Positions 10,081 through 20,460 of a stretch of DNA of 64,000 nucleotides are shown one piece after another; the stretch's first letter is position 1, and each line of letters opens with the position of its first letter. Below the pieces are notes generated by a model, which was not told the DNA's origin, searched no databases, and saw only the letters and a list, made by a program, of their open reading frames with translations. Source of the DNA: Planctomycetota bacterium (GTDB taxonomy: Bacteria > Planctomycetota > Phycisphaerae > WQYP01); the NCBI GenBank assembly GCA_021805985.1, contig JAJZDN010000014.1, forward strand, positions 9,230 through 73,229, read 5' to 3'. The position numbers were made by a program, and so were the translations under genes.

Positions 10081-10904
10081 ATCGTAAGCAACGCCTGCTG
10101 ACGCATCTTCTTTTACTGCTGGCCGCCGCCGCGTATGCGGCACCGCTGCTTTGGATGATTGATACGAGTTTGAAGCGGGAAGTGCAGGCGGTGCAGCTTC
10201 CCCCGGTAATTATTCCACATCCGCTTCGCTGGCAAAACTACCGACACGTGCTGGGTGATCCGCAATTTGATTTTTCCCTTTTTGCGCGCAATACGTTAAT
10301 TATTGCGTCCTTGAGTGCCCTGGGGGCGATGTTGTCATCTTCGTTGGTGGCGTACAGTTTGGCGAAAATCCGCTGGCGGGGCCGGGGGCTGGTTTTTGGT
10401 ATTGTGCTGGCATCGATGATGATTCCGTTTCCGGTGTTTATGGTGCCGCTGTATCGGATTTTCCGGGAACTGGGCTGGATCGGTACAAATTTGCCGCTGT
10501 GGGTTCCGGCGTTTTTCGGCATTCCATTTTTCATTTTCCTTTTGCGGCAGTTCTATTTGACCATTCCCCGTGAACTTTCCGAGGCGGCGTTGATGGATGG
10601 GTGTTCCCACTTTGGAATATGGTGGCGGATAATGCTGCCCCTGACGCGCCCGGCGCTGCTGGTGGTGGGATTATTTTCATTTATGGGCGCATGGAATAAT
10701 TTCCTGGGACCCTTGGTATATTTAACGCATCAGAGCAGTTTTACGCTGTCGGTGGCGTTGCAGGTATATCAGAGCCGGTCCGGTGGGACAAGTTATAATT
10801 TGCTGATGGCGGCATCGGTACTGATTATTGCACCGGTGCTGGTGCTATTTTTCCTGGCACAAAAAACATTTATCCGCGGTATCGCTACGACGGGCTTGAA
10901 ATAG
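10077..10904 (+). CDS. carbohydrate ABC transporter permease
   Basis: FLLRQFYLTIPRELSEAALMDG, WNNFLGPL, QKTFIRGIATTGLK. Confidence 0.9.
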   Translation: MNRKQRLLTHLLLLLAAAAYAAPLLWMIDTSLKREVQAVQLPPVIIPHPLRWQNYRHVLGDPQFDFSLFARNTLIIASLSALGAMLSSSLVAYSLAKIRWRGRGLVFGIVLASMMIPFPVFMVPLYRIFRELGWIGTNLPLWVPAFFGIPFFIFLLRQFYLTIPRELSEAALMDGCSHFGIWWRIMLPLTRPALLVVGLFSFMGAWNNFLGPLVYLTHQSSFTLSVALQVYQSRSGGTSYNLLMAASVLIIAPVLVLFFLAQKTFIRGIATTGLK

Positions 10905-10969
10905 CGACGCATGGGACCGTTAAAAACGGCACCATCATCGCTTCCATATTTGTGCGACACTCTCATGTG

Positions 10970-10999
10970 CCACCACCGGCGGAGCCGGCGGCTTTGTGA
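10970..10999 (+). repeat. dispersed hairpin repeat (family B, copy 2)
   Basis: CCACCACCGGCGGAGCCGGCGGCTTTGTGA between convergent genes. Confidence 0.7.
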
Positions 11000-11052
11000 C
11001 GGGCGGCAGGCCGCGTTCCGGTGAAGCTCGGCGGCCTATTGTTTATCGCGGG

Positions 11053-11640
11053 TTACGGAAAGTGTAATTGACCGCCGAGTTCCGGATGTTGCTGTAAATA
11101 TTTTCGCACCATGGCGAAATAGCTGGTTTCTTCAACGGGTAAATCTTCCAGAGCCAAATCGTGGCGGGCTTTGAGCACAGAGGCCTCGGTGGGCGCTTCG
11201 ATTTCCAAAAAAAAGCCGAACACCGGCATTTCATCGAGTTCCACCAGACAGTCGCGAAATTCATAACTGCGGCGACGCTTTTGAAACTCCATGAACTTCA
11301 TATAGCCCAGCGTGGTAAATAATAATTCCGCCATTTCCGGCGGCTGGGCGTAAAAATCAACGGACGGCCGGCTACTGACCTGGGCCATAGTTCGCCGGCC
11401 TTTCCACGTGACAACGCTGGGCAGCACCTGACCTTCACGGGTTACCTGATGCCGCAGCCGCAGGGCGGCGCGGGCAGCGCGCAACTGGCCATCGGCGGTG
11501 TCAAGAAATATATTTGTTTCCCGAACCTCTCGAATATAGCGTGCGCCCGCGACACAAAGTCGCTGGGACATCTGTTCATAATCCTCAGCAACTCTCAGCT
11601 TTATTTCAATTTCATGCGGTGGGGAGGCTGGTGCGGTCAT
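11053..11640 (-). CDS. CYTH-domain protein (class IV adenylate cyclase-like triphosphatase)
   Basis: EIEIK motif, ALRLR, TWKG, KRRRSY, VELDE, GFFLEIE. Confidence 0.85.
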   Translation of the reverse strand: MTAPASPPHEIEIKLRVAEDYEQMSQRLCVAGARYIREVRETNIFLDTADGQLRAARAALRLRHQVTREGQVLPSVVTWKGRRTMAQVSSRPSVDFYAQPPEMAELLFTTLGYMKFMEFQKRRRSYEFRDCLVELDEMPVFGFFLEIEAPTEASVLKARHDLALEDLPVEETSYFAMVRKYLQQHPELGGQLHFP

Positions 11641-11670
11641 AGGGTGGGGTATCCTGGAAAAAGTAACTAT

Positions 11671-12840
11671 TTACCGGAACAGAGCGATAATGGCGGTTTG
11701 TCCGTGAATAAAATTGCGCCCCCCCACCGGACCTAATTCGCCGGCACAGAAAAACCCGGCCACCGGAATGGCCCCCACCACTTCGCGCAAGGCCCGAATA
11801 TCATGATGCGGCGTACCAAAGAGATTCATGCCCCGGCCATTGCAACTGAACATCAGCGCCCCGTGCGGCACTTCCGCAAGCATCAATTCGCCTTGCAACA
11901 GCAGCCGCAAGTCATCATCCGCGGATCGGCCGTCCTGCAGATGAAACTGAATAATCTGGTCGGGCTGGACAAAATCGCCGATGGAAATACTGCCATCGGA
12001 GCGATGAATTTCCAGGATATTGCGCACCAGAAAATCTCCCCGGCCGAAATTTCCTTTGCGCTGATCAATGACCCGTCCGATCAGCAGGCTTCGCATCTGG
12101 ATTAATTCGCGGTCTTCCATGGACAGACCGGACATCATATCCCGCACAGCAGCCATGGCGGGCTTGCCATCGAGCATTTTAATATTATTTTCACTCCCCT
12201 CCGTGATGGTAAACGTGGGGCCAACCGGCCGGCACCCCTGCGATACAACGCAATCGACTTCCAGGGGGCCGGCAAATGATACGCCGATCATACCGCTGTT
12301 GAAGATGTGATCATTAATAGCCAGTCGTGTTTCACCGGGCCGTTGCACACCGCTGGCCATTCCCCCCACTACAGGGGCATGGGGAAATTCCTTGGAGCAC
12401 GCATCAAGAAGTTGCACGACCGGCGTGGTAAACGGATCCGCCAGCATGATAAAGAGTCGCAAATTCGGTCCGGCTTCCAGGCGTGCGCGAAGGGTGCTGT
12501 TTTCACCGAGAAGCTCAGACCATTCCTCATCGGCAAAGCGAAAATGATCCACCGTAACGCCCGGCAGAGAAAAGCTGATCGCTGATACAGCGGGCTTACG
12601 CTCAATTTCCCGATCAACTCCCAGAACGCTTTCAGCCGTGCAGGCCAGAAGCGTTCGACAGTGCGTTCGTTCCGCCAGTCCGCCGGTGATACGTGAAAAA
12701 TCCGCCTGCAATAATGAGGAAACAAAAACGACCAGCAGGTCCGTAGGCAGATCTCCCATTTCCCTGCTGAGCTGATCGGCGAGACTTTCCACGATCGTAG
12801 TGGGATCAGTCGCGGCGATAATAGCGGAGGATAAGCGCAT
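11671..12840 (-). CDS. FIST-domain sensory protein
   Basis: LADPF, VVGGMASG, VSQGCRPVG, ALMFSCNGRG, GFFCAGELGPVGGRNFIHGQTA. Confidence 0.9.
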   Translation of the reverse strand: MRLSSAIIAATDPTTIVESLADQLSREMGDLPTDLLVVFVSSLLQADFSRITGGLAERTHCRTLLACTAESVLGVDREIERKPAVSAISFSLPGVTVDHFRFADEEWSELLGENSTLRARLEAGPNLRLFIMLADPFTTPVVQLLDACSKEFPHAPVVGGMASGVQRPGETRLAINDHIFNSGMIGVSFAGPLEVDCVVSQGCRPVGPTFTITEGSENNIKMLDGKPAMAAVRDMMSGLSMEDRELIQMRSLLIGRVIDQRKGNFGRGDFLVRNILEIHRSDGSISIGDFVQPDQIIQFHLQDGRSADDDLRLLLQGELMLAEVPHGALMFSCNGRGMNLFGTPHHDIRALREVVGAIPVAGFFCAGELGPVGGRNFIHGQTAIIALFR

Positions 12841-12968
12841 CAATAAAAACTCCTGTCACGCAGTTAGTATAGTTTGCCGCCCCATTGCCAGCCAGCGGGT
12901 TTCATAAGATTAGTTGTGAGCGTAACGCGGGGCGAAACGCAGTGGAACCAAATCAGGTCTGTGGCGTC

Positions 12969-13448
12969 TCAGGAGATCATACGAATGGTCATCGGGTAGC
13001 GGTACATTTGGCCTTGGGAAGCTTTAACGGTGGCGATGATGCTGGCGACAAACATGAAAATCACCAATGCAATAATCAGAACAAATCCGATTGCGACCAG
13101 ACACAGAACCGCAGAGATAATAAAATAAATAAGGAGCGTGATATGAAAATTCAGCGCTTCTCGCGCATTGGCACGGACAAACTCATCCGAGGCTGTAAAG
13201 AGCACGACCAGAGGCAGAATAATGAGTCCCAGCCCCAAGAATGCCCCAATATGCGGCAAGGCTGCCAGAAGATAATTATTGTTGGACATGGGCGGTGTTG
13301 CCAGACTTTGTCCGGCCACGCCGGCGCGAGGCCCGGAGCTTAAAAGGCTATGGCACTGGCCACATACCTGATGGTCCTGCCAGAGGTAGGTTGTCTCCAA
13401 CGCACCAATCCCGCGGCCACAATTGGCACATTGAATTTGATCAGCCAT
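12969..13448 (-). CDS. DUF4870-family membrane protein with N-terminal Zn ribbon
   Basis: CANC...CGQC, then FVRANAREALNFHIT and KASQGQMYRYPMTIR. Confidence 0.8.
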   Translation of the reverse strand: MADQIQCANCGRGIGALETTYLWQDHQVCGQCHSLLSSGPRAGVAGQSLATPPMSNNNYLLAALPHIGAFLGLGLIILPLVVLFTASDEFVRANAREALNFHITLLIYFIISAVLCLVAIGFVLIIALVIFMFVASIIATVKASQGQMYRYPMTIRMIS

Positions 13449-13580
13449 TTTATTATCTCCACGACCGAAAGCAAATTTTAACACGGTAATCGACGGTCCG
13501 CCAATTTCCCTCAGGCGTATGCCTGAATTGCCACTTCTGTGCTACATTATCCGCAGGTTAATTTATATGGGTATTTGAGA

Positions 13581-14282
13581 ATGATGAATCGGTTGCAACT
13601 TGCCCGCTGTGTTGATCATACGGTCCTTAAGTCGGAGGCTGGTGAGCGGGAAATTCGTACCGCCACTGCTGAGGCGTTGGAATACGGGTTTGCCGCTGTG
13701 TGCGTTAATTCCGGATGGATTAAACTGGTAAAAAGTTTACTGGATGCTGCGGGTAACAATGGGTCTGACCATGTGGTGGCGGCGTGTGGCGTGGTGGGCT
13801 TTCCGTTAGGGGCTGCCGATACAACGGTCAAAGCGTTTGAGGCGCAGAGGTGCGTGAACTCCGGAGCCGATGAAATAGATATGGTGATTTGGCTGCCGGC
13901 ACTATTGTCGGGAGATGTTGATCTTGCCCGAAAGGACGTGGCAGAGGTAGTGAAGGCAGCGAAAGGCGTTTGCGGAAAAACCCTTGTCAAAGTTATTCTG
14001 GAAACGGCGATCCTTAATGAATCGCAGATTGCTATGGGCTGTCAGGCAGCCGGTGAAGGGGGCGCGGATTTTGTAAAAACCAGTACGGGTTTTCATCCGG
14101 CGGGCGGTGCAAGTGTTCAGGCAGTACGGTGGTTAAAACAATATTCCGGGTCATTGCGCGTTAAAGCCTCTGGTGGAATTCGCGATCTGGTAACAGCCCA
14201 GGCCATGCTGGCGGCCGGGGCGGATCGGCTGGGTTGTTCCGCCAGCGTTGCGATTATCAAGAGTCTGCCGCAAGAAAAATAA
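13581..14282 (+). CDS. deoC: deoxyribose-phosphate aldolase
   Basis: DHTVLK, VGFPLG, GADEIDMV, KVILET, ADFVKTSTGF, VKASGGIR, GADRLGCS. Confidence 0.96.
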   Translation: MMNRLQLARCVDHTVLKSEAGEREIRTATAEALEYGFAAVCVNSGWIKLVKSLLDAAGNNGSDHVVAACGVVGFPLGAADTTVKAFEAQRCVNSGADEIDMVIWLPALLSGDVDLARKDVAEVVKAAKGVCGKTLVKVILETAILNESQIAMGCQAAGEGGADFVKTSTGFHPAGGASVQAVRWLKQYSGSLRVKASGGIRDLVTAQAMLAAGADRLGCSASVAIIKSLPQEK

Positions 14283-14294
14283 AGGAGTTCACGA

Positions 14295-15248
14295 ATGAAA
14301 ATTCTGGTAACCGGGGCGGCGGGGTTTATAGCATCGCGGCTTTCAGTGCGCCTGCTGCAACGCGGCGATCAGGTGGTGGGGCTGGATAATCTAAGTGATT
14401 ATTATCCGGTGGAACACAAGCGACGGAATTTAGCGGATTTAACAGCGCAGCAGGCATTTACGTTTATCGAAGGTGATCTGCGCGATGCAGAACTGCTGCT
14501 GAAAGTCTGTCAGCAATACCAGCCGGAGGCGATTGCGCATATTGGAGCCATGGCATCGGTGCGTTACAGCGTGGCCAATCCGCTGATTTACGCGGCGGTC
14601 AACGTGCAGGGCACGCTGAACCTGCTGGATGCGGCGCGGCAAATAGGTAAACCGCATTGCCTGCTGGCATCCACGGGATCCGTTTACGGCCAATCCACTC
14701 CGGTGCCATTTCCGGAAACTGCGGCGGCGGATAGACCTTTGGCACCCTATCCGGCCAGCAAGCGGGCCATGGAGCTTTTCGCCCACAGTCATCATCACGT
14801 CTGGAGTCTGCCGGTCACAATTCTCCGATTTTTTAATGTGTATGGCCCGCATGGCCGGCCTGACATGATGCCATGGCATTGGGCGCGACAGATCATGGCG
14901 GGCGAGGAACTCACGCTGTTTGGGGCGGGGCACCTTAAGCGGGACTGGACGTACATTGATGACATTCTGGACGGGTTTGTAGCAGCATTGGACAGCGGTA
15001 ATGGGTACCGCGTTTATAATCTTGGGTGCGGCCACCCGGTAGAAAATTTAGAATTCGTCCAGACTCTGGAAGAGATTCTGGGGAAAAAGGCAAAAGGCAG
15101 GGCGGTGCCGGCACCGTTATCTGAACCTTCTATTACATATGCGGATATCGCCAAAGCTGGCAGGGAATTAGGCTATGCACCCAAAGTACACGTACGCGAA
15201 GGTCTGGACCGATTTATCCGCTGGATGCGTACCAAAGAGTTAATCTAA
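14295..15248 (+). CDS. NAD-dependent nucleotide-sugar epimerase (UDP-glucuronate 4-epimerase-like)
   Basis: LVTGAAGFIA, YPASK (YxxxK), LRFFNVYGPHGRPDM, RDWTYIDDI. Confidence 0.85.
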   Translation: MKILVTGAAGFIASRLSVRLLQRGDQVVGLDNLSDYYPVEHKRRNLADLTAQQAFTFIEGDLRDAELLLKVCQQYQPEAIAHIGAMASVRYSVANPLIYAAVNVQGTLNLLDAARQIGKPHCLLASTGSVYGQSTPVPFPETAAADRPLAPYPASKRAMELFAHSHHHVWSLPVTILRFFNVYGPHGRPDMMPWHWARQIMAGEELTLFGAGHLKRDWTYIDDILDGFVAALDSGNGYRVYNLGCGHPVENLEFVQTLEEILGKKAKGRAVPAPLSEPSITYADIAKAGRELGYAPKVHVREGLDRFIRWMRTKELI

Positions 15249-15441
15249 CACTCATGCTTTTCTAAGCGCCGTGCCGATAATAATGTCAGTCATCAATCGG
15301 CTGTTCTCGGAGAACCGATGGCTAATAGATCGCACCGCAGGCGCTGTGCGAGCGTAAAATAATAAGGATAGGTATTGGAAGCTTGCCAATTGGCGGCCAT
15401 ACGTGGACAATATCTATTCTAAACCGTTTCCCGGCTTCCCA

Positions 15442-15495
15442 GAGCCTTTCCAGGTAATAGCCGGAATTGCGATGGGCAATAACCTGGACAGGCTC
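15442..15495 (+). mobile_element. 54-bp minimal member of repeat family A (essentially two terminal inverted repeats)
   Basis: GAGCCTTTCCAGGTAAT...ATAACCTGGACAGGCTC; the first 35 nt match the reverse complement of the element end at about 27388-27422 with 4 mismatches. Confidence 0.65.
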
Positions 15496-15583
15496 CTAAG
15501 CCGTTCGAATGTAAAGAATTCCCGCCGGTGGCTGTCCTAATTTTTATGAGACCGCCTCCGGATCTGAAATTGAGCGTATCACT

Positions 15584-16870
15584 ATGGCCAACCCCAATAA
15601 CGTCGCCAGTAAAACCGAGACCATGCTGGGCAAATTCATTGTTGAACAGGGGTTTTGCACGCAGGAAGAGCTCGGTGATTGCCGGTCACTGCAGGCGGAA
15701 CTCGAGCGGCAGGAGAGCCATCGCTCATTAACCGATATTCTTGTAGCCAACGGCTATGTCACGCAAACGCAATTGGCGCGCGTTAAGGCGGCGGTAGAAG
15801 AGCAAAAAACTTTTCAGCAGATTCCTGGCTACCAGATTATGTCTAAACTGGGTGCCGGCGCGATGGCCACGGTGTTTAAAGCTCGGCAGCTTTCCTTAGA
15901 CCGAATTGTCGCAATTAAAGTTCTGCCCAAGCGCATGAGCGAAAATAAAGAATTCGTAGACCGCTTCTACATGGAAGGTAAAGCGGCAGCTAAATTAAAC
16001 CACCCCAATATCGTGGCCGCCTATGATGTAGGCGAAGCGGGCGGATACCACTATTTTGTCATGGAATATGTGGCAGGAAAAACGGTTTATGATCATTTGA
16101 TAGACAGTGGAAAACCCTACCCGGAAAAGCAGGCCCTGGACATTATCATTCAAGTGTGTCGAGCACTGGTTCACGCCCATCTTAACGGCCTGATTCACCG
16201 GGATGTTAAACCAAAAAATATCATGATGACGCCGGAAGGAACTGCCAAGCTGGCTGATATGGGTTTAGCGCGGGAAGCCGATGACAAAGTCGCCGCCGCC
16301 GCTGAAGCGGGTAAAGCGTATGGCACACCTTATTACATTTCCCCCGAACAGATTCGCGGCCAGCTGAACATTGACTTTCGGGCGGACATTTATTCCCTGG
16401 GTGCCACGATGTACCACATGGTGACCGGTCGCGTACCATTTGAAGCGCCCTCCCCCGCGGCAGTGATGCACAAGCATTTGAAAGAGGATCTGGTACCACC
16501 GGATCACGTCAATACCAACCTGAGTGCGGGTATATCGGAAATTATAGAAGTGGCCATGGCCAAAGACCCGGCCAAGCGATATTCCTCCACGTCGGATATG
16601 CTTTCCGACTTGGAATCTGTGGCGCATGGCGATCCACCCAAGTTGGCGCGGCGCGCTTATGATTTGACCACCTTGGCCAAAATTGAAAAAGCCGCCGCCG
16701 ATTCCAATCCATCGGATCAGGTAGACTTGGTAGAAGCGGACGAAGAACCCACCATTGATCTGGGTTCTCGCACGCTGATTCAAAAATTTAAGGATCCGCT
16801 GGTATTGCTGCTGCTGGGCTGTCTGATCTTTGCCATTGTGATTATTGTGCTGCTGGAACTCAAGGCGTAG
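15584..16870 (+). CDS. Hanks-type Ser/Thr protein kinase with C-terminal membrane anchor
   Basis: LGAGAMATV, VAIKVL, IHRDVKPKN, LADMGLA, GTPYYISPEQ, DIYSLG; hydrophobic C-terminus. Confidence 0.95.
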   Translation: MANPNNVASKTETMLGKFIVEQGFCTQEELGDCRSLQAELERQESHRSLTDILVANGYVTQTQLARVKAAVEEQKTFQQIPGYQIMSKLGAGAMATVFKARQLSLDRIVAIKVLPKRMSENKEFVDRFYMEGKAAAKLNHPNIVAAYDVGEAGGYHYFVMEYVAGKTVYDHLIDSGKPYPEKQALDIIIQVCRALVHAHLNGLIHRDVKPKNIMMTPEGTAKLADMGLAREADDKVAAAAEAGKAYGTPYYISPEQIRGQLNIDFRADIYSLGATMYHMVTGRVPFEAPSPAAVMHKHLKEDLVPPDHVNTNLSAGISEIIEVAMAKDPAKRYSSTSDMLSDLESVAHGDPPKLARRAYDLTTLAKIEKAAADSNPSDQVDLVEADEEPTIDLGSRTLIQKFKDPLVLLLLGCLIFAIVIIVLLELKA

Positions 16871-16914
16871 TTAACGCGATCCTGCCCGCTGCCGTCGAAC
16901 GGAAACTTCACCTG

Positions 16915-17847
16915 TTAAAACCCGAACCAATTCCCGGGAACATACGACCGCACCCGCGTGACCACGCCATGGTCCAAATCTACCAGCACCGGCAGAAATG
17001 GCGGACGCCAGATATGTGTATTTTCAAATGCCAGTCGTAGCATATTAGGATTCGCCAGACCCCTGGGCAGCGGACCATAAGGCGGTAACTGGATCAGCGC
17101 CACGTTGTGATCGGGATTATTTTTCAAATGCCGCGAGATACCGGCTATGGCATGTTGGCAAACTGGGCAGGTATGAAAATAAATAACCGCCAGCCACTTT
17201 CCGTGCATGATGGCATGACTGCCGGGAATATAATCCGCAGCCGGGAAGCGCTTGGCATCCCATGCCGGCGGCTGCATGAATATCACACCGTGTCCGCCCG
17301 TGATTGTTCCGTTGCTGTGCAGCATTCCTGGCTGCAGATAAGATTTTCCCCCGATCATGCCCACTAAAATTCCCAAAGCCACGATCCCTGAAAATATCTT
17401 TCGCCACCTGCTGGCGGGATATTTTTCCGGATACACAAATATTGCGCTTCCCAGCAAAAGCAGTATGACCGCATCCATGGTGGCGGTTATCCATGGGTTC
17501 ATTGGCACAGGCCCAAAGCAGCCGCAGTTCACCTGCCCCTGCCAGGCATCGTGCAGCGAAATGGCCAAAAAGAGCGTAAATAATAGCGCACCGGCCCGCA
17601 GGGCATAATAACCCGCGACCGAACTGACAAACCAGACCCCAGCCGCTAATTCCATGAGCACTTCAGCCGTATGGAAGAAATAATTTTTAGTGACCGCGCC
17701 CCGCAGCAGGTCATATCCTTTAAGCGCCCCGGCGGTGACCAGCACGACGCCGGCCAGAAAAAGTATCCATTGCAGCAGGGGGCGTTTGATCGACTCGGGA
17801 CCAAGCGGTGCGGAAGAGCTCTGAACTGTTGGATTTTCAACCATCAT
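16915..17847 (-). CDS. MauE/DoxX-family membrane protein with thioredoxin-like C-terminal domain
   Basis: NCGCFG motif within TM helices; C-terminal YFHTCPVC (CxxC). Confidence 0.7.
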   Translation of the reverse strand: MMVENPTVQSSSAPLGPESIKRPLLQWILFLAGVVLVTAGALKGYDLLRGAVTKNYFFHTAEVLMELAAGVWFVSSVAGYYALRAGALLFTLFLAISLHDAWQGQVNCGCFGPVPMNPWITATMDAVILLLLGSAIFVYPEKYPASRWRKIFSGIVALGILVGMIGGKSYLQPGMLHSNGTITGGHGVIFMQPPAWDAKRFPAADYIPGSHAIMHGKWLAVIYFHTCPVCQHAIAGISRHLKNNPDHNVALIQLPPYGPLPRGLANPNMLRLAFENTHIWRPPFLPVLVDLDHGVVTRVRSYVPGNWFGF

Positions 17848-18632
17848 AGTGCCTTGGTTTTACCAAAAAGTGAGTCCAGTGCCCAGCGCGTTTTAAGCCC
17901 ACGATCCGACGCCGCCTGAATAGCCGCAATGAGTACCGTGGCGGCGGCCCGCATTGCAGGGGCATCCGCGGGTTTGGATGGGGGAGCGTTTAACAAGGCA
18001 TTGGGCATGGGTAACCGGGCCAGTGCCAGCAGCACGCCGCCGTCGACACGTATGGTTTTAGGTTCCACGGGGCAGTCGATGCAGCATACACCGCCCCGCT
18101 GCGGACAAAACTGGGCTGGTATGCCGGGGCGGACAGGCGATTGGCACACCAGGCAATTCTCTAATTGGGGTTGATACCCGGTGGCAATCAGAATGCACTT
18201 GGCGATACTTAAAAAAAGCCGTTGGGTTTGGCTGCCTCCCAGCGCCGCGAGCCCCGGGGCAAGTTCATCATACAACTGCGTGTGCGGTTCCTGGCCGGAA
18301 AGCAGCGCCATGATAATTTCACAAATAATTTGTCCCGCATAAAACGCCGGCAAGGATTTGCGCATGGCAGCTTGATAATCCATTAAATCCCAGGCCGTCA
18401 AAGTGCCTAGCTCTGCCGTTCCGCGCGGCGGAATATAGACCACCTCGCCGCGGGCCAACTGATCAATTGGCGCACCCAGGGAAAAGGTGCCCGCTTTTGC
18501 CATCTTGCGACTTCCCTTGGCCAGCAAGGCCAACAATCCGGCCTGCCGGGCAAACAATGTTACCACTTGACTGCTCTCAGAAAAGTTGATGACCCGCAGA
18601 CAGATCGCTTCATCTTTTTCATAATTTGCCAT
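17844..18632 (-). CDS. recO: DNA repair protein RecO
   Basis: AICLRVINFSESSQVVTLF...LAKGSR, GYQPQLENCLVC...GGVCCIDC. Confidence 0.9.
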   Translation of the reverse strand: MANYEKDEAICLRVINFSESSQVVTLFARQAGLLALLAKGSRKMAKAGTFSLGAPIDQLARGEVVYIPPRGTAELGTLTAWDLMDYQAAMRKSLPAFYAGQIICEIIMALLSGQEPHTQLYDELAPGLAALGGSQTQRLFLSIAKCILIATGYQPQLENCLVCQSPVRPGIPAQFCPQRGGVCCIDCPVEPKTIRVDGGVLLALARLPMPNALLNAPPSKPADAPAMRAAATVLIAAIQAASDRGLKTRWALDSLFGKTKAL

Positions 18633-18641
18633 CAAAAGATT

Positions 18642-18720
18642 GTAACCGTTCATTAACGCCTTAACGAATTACATTGCAACTCTAACCAAACATTACTACC
18701 GCCTTAACACGCACTTAGCG
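18642..18720 (+). promoter_or_regulatory. Pho-box-like direct repeats with 11-bp period upstream of the pstSCA remnant
   Basis: CTAACC (18682), TTACTA (18693), TTAACA (18704), TTAGCG (18715); also GTAACC (18642) and TTAACG (18653). Confidence 0.55.
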
Positions 18721-18735
18721 CGGAGGCGGTCTGAT

Positions 18736-18873
18736 ATGTTCCGTCACTGGGTGCTCACCAAAGGACAAAAGTACGCCAAGGGCATGCAGTACATCAAACT
18801 CGGCAGCGTGATGCGTAAGAAAGTGCTCGCTGAGTTGTCCAACGTAACCTGGAAAGGTCAGCCGTTGAACTAA
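18736..18873 (+). pseudogene. pstS: PstS remnant: RBS and start codon joined to only the C-terminal ~43 codons
   Basis: Not in the ORF track. GGAGG then MFRHWVLTKGQKYAKGMQYIKLGSVMRKKVLAELSNVTWKGQPLN*, resembling the PstS tail (W.lt.Gq.yA..l.Y..L...v...v...l.......G.Pl), directly before the pstC remnant. Confidence 0.7.
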
Positions 18874-18880
18874 GCGCTCA

Positions 18881-19536
18881 TATTTAATTATTGTTTTTGG
18901 GGAGCTCATTCACGGCTCCTGGATGGCCCTGCGGCAAATCGGCTGGCACTTTTTTACCACGCAGGCCTGGAATCCTGTACCGGGGCGCGATCAGTACGGC
19001 GTCCTGTCCTTCCTTTACCGCACGGGCATTACGACATTTCTGGCACTGTTAATCGGTGTGCCGTTAAGTATTGGAACGGCAATATTTATTACCCGCATCG
19101 CACCACGCTGGCTGGCGGGTTGATTCTGCCCATTATTACCGCTATTACCCGTGATGTTCTACAGCAGTTTCCCCAGGACATTGAACATGGCGCTTATGGA
19201 CTGGGCGCAAGCTGGTGGCAAACTACGCGATTGGCCCTGGCGTATTGCCGGGCGGGAATTTTCGGAGCTGTGATGCTGGGCATGGCCCGGGCTATTGGGG
19301 AAACCATGGCCGTTATTATGGTCATCGGCAACACGGACCATATCAGCGCCAGCCTATTTGCCGGCGGCCAGACCATGTCCGGGGTGCTGGCCAATGAATT
19401 TATGGAAGCAGATCATCCCATTTACTTAAGCGCCATGTTTTATGTGGCCCTGGTACTGATGTTAAGTTCGCTGGTAACCAATGTCATTGCCCGAGCTCTG
19501 TTGGCGCGCATTGACCGGGAACGTCAAACGGCGTGA
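18881..19536 (+). pseudogene. pstC: PstC remnant lacking its start and its middle, with a frameshift near 19120
   Basis: GWHFFTTQAWNPV...YGVLSFLY...ALLIGVPLSIGTAIF...APRWL jumps to ILPIITAITRDVL...GAYGLGASWWQ...LGMARAIGETMAV. Confidence 0.85.
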
Positions 19537-19934
19537 CCGTAGACGTGTGAAGTGAGGAAATGCTGCGATTAGTGCCGCACCCGCATCGGGAAGCCTCCGC
19601 GGGCCTCGGTGCCTCCAAAGCCCAGACACTTTTTATGGTCATTCTGCCCGCCGCAAAAGCCGGAATTACCACGGGAATCATGCTGGCGATCGCCCGTGTT
19701 GCCGGGGAAACAGCGCCCCTGCTGTTTACCGCGTTGGGCAATGATCAGGCAGTGTATAACCCCAGTCAGCCCTATCCGTCGTTGACGTTAAAAATATGGC
19801 AGTACTCACAATCCGCCGAGCCGGCCTGGCGTCATCAGGCTTGGACCGCCGTCCTGGTGCTGGTAACCATGGTGCTGCTATTTACCGCAGCTGTGCGCTT
19901 CACCGTCCGCGGGCGAAAAGTCCGTTCCATCTAA
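19533..19934 (+). pseudogene. pstA: PstA remnant (N-terminal half deleted)
   Basis: GTG overlaps the pstC stop and hits a stop after 5 codons, then SEEMLRLVP...REASAGLGA...VILPAAKAGITTGIMLAIARVAGETAPLLFT. Confidence 0.85.
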
Positions 19935-20009
19935 TCCAACCGGTGTGGTAAGTTTGCGCCGCGCAGGCCAACTATTAGCCCGACGCGGAAGCGTCGCGGT
20001 TGGATGCGG

Positions 20010-20432
20010 TTACGGCAACTGCCGGATTGTGCAGTCGAAATTGGCGGCCGCCGTCAGGCTTGTGAAGTGAATCTGGGCCATGGAATTGGTAGGCACGCGT
20101 AAGGTATTCCAGCCCGAAGTTGCTTCCACCTGCGCGCCTTGGGCGTTAAGAAAGCTGTACTGAAATTCCAGATACAATTCACTAGCCGTAACATTGCGCA
20201 CCGGTATGACCACATCAAGCTGCCCGTCCCCCACGCGGCTGACAATCGGTTCATTAAGCAGTATTTTGCTTTGTAAATTAGAGCTCGTCAGATGCACCTG
20301 CGGGAATGGATTAAGCGTATTTTGGCCAGGAATTATCGGCCCCTGACAGCCGGATATGCCCAGCAGACACATCAGGCAAAATGCCGCCAATATGCCAATA
20401 AATGATACGCTTGTGCTACGTTTGGATAACAT
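20010..20432 (-). CDS. YcfL/DUF1425-like lipoprotein
   Basis: Lipobox ISGC; VRN...LEFQYSFLNAQG.......W pattern. Confidence 0.6.
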   Translation of the reverse strand: MLSKRSTSVSFIGILAAFCLMCLLGISGCQGPIIPGQNTLNPFPQVHLTSSNLQSKILLNEPIVSRVGDGQLDVVIPVRNVTASELYLEFQYSFLNAQGAQVEATSGWNTLRVPTNSMAQIHFTSLTAAANFDCTIRQLP

Positions 20433-20460
20433 CGCAATTGCTCCTTAATATCAACGGCGC

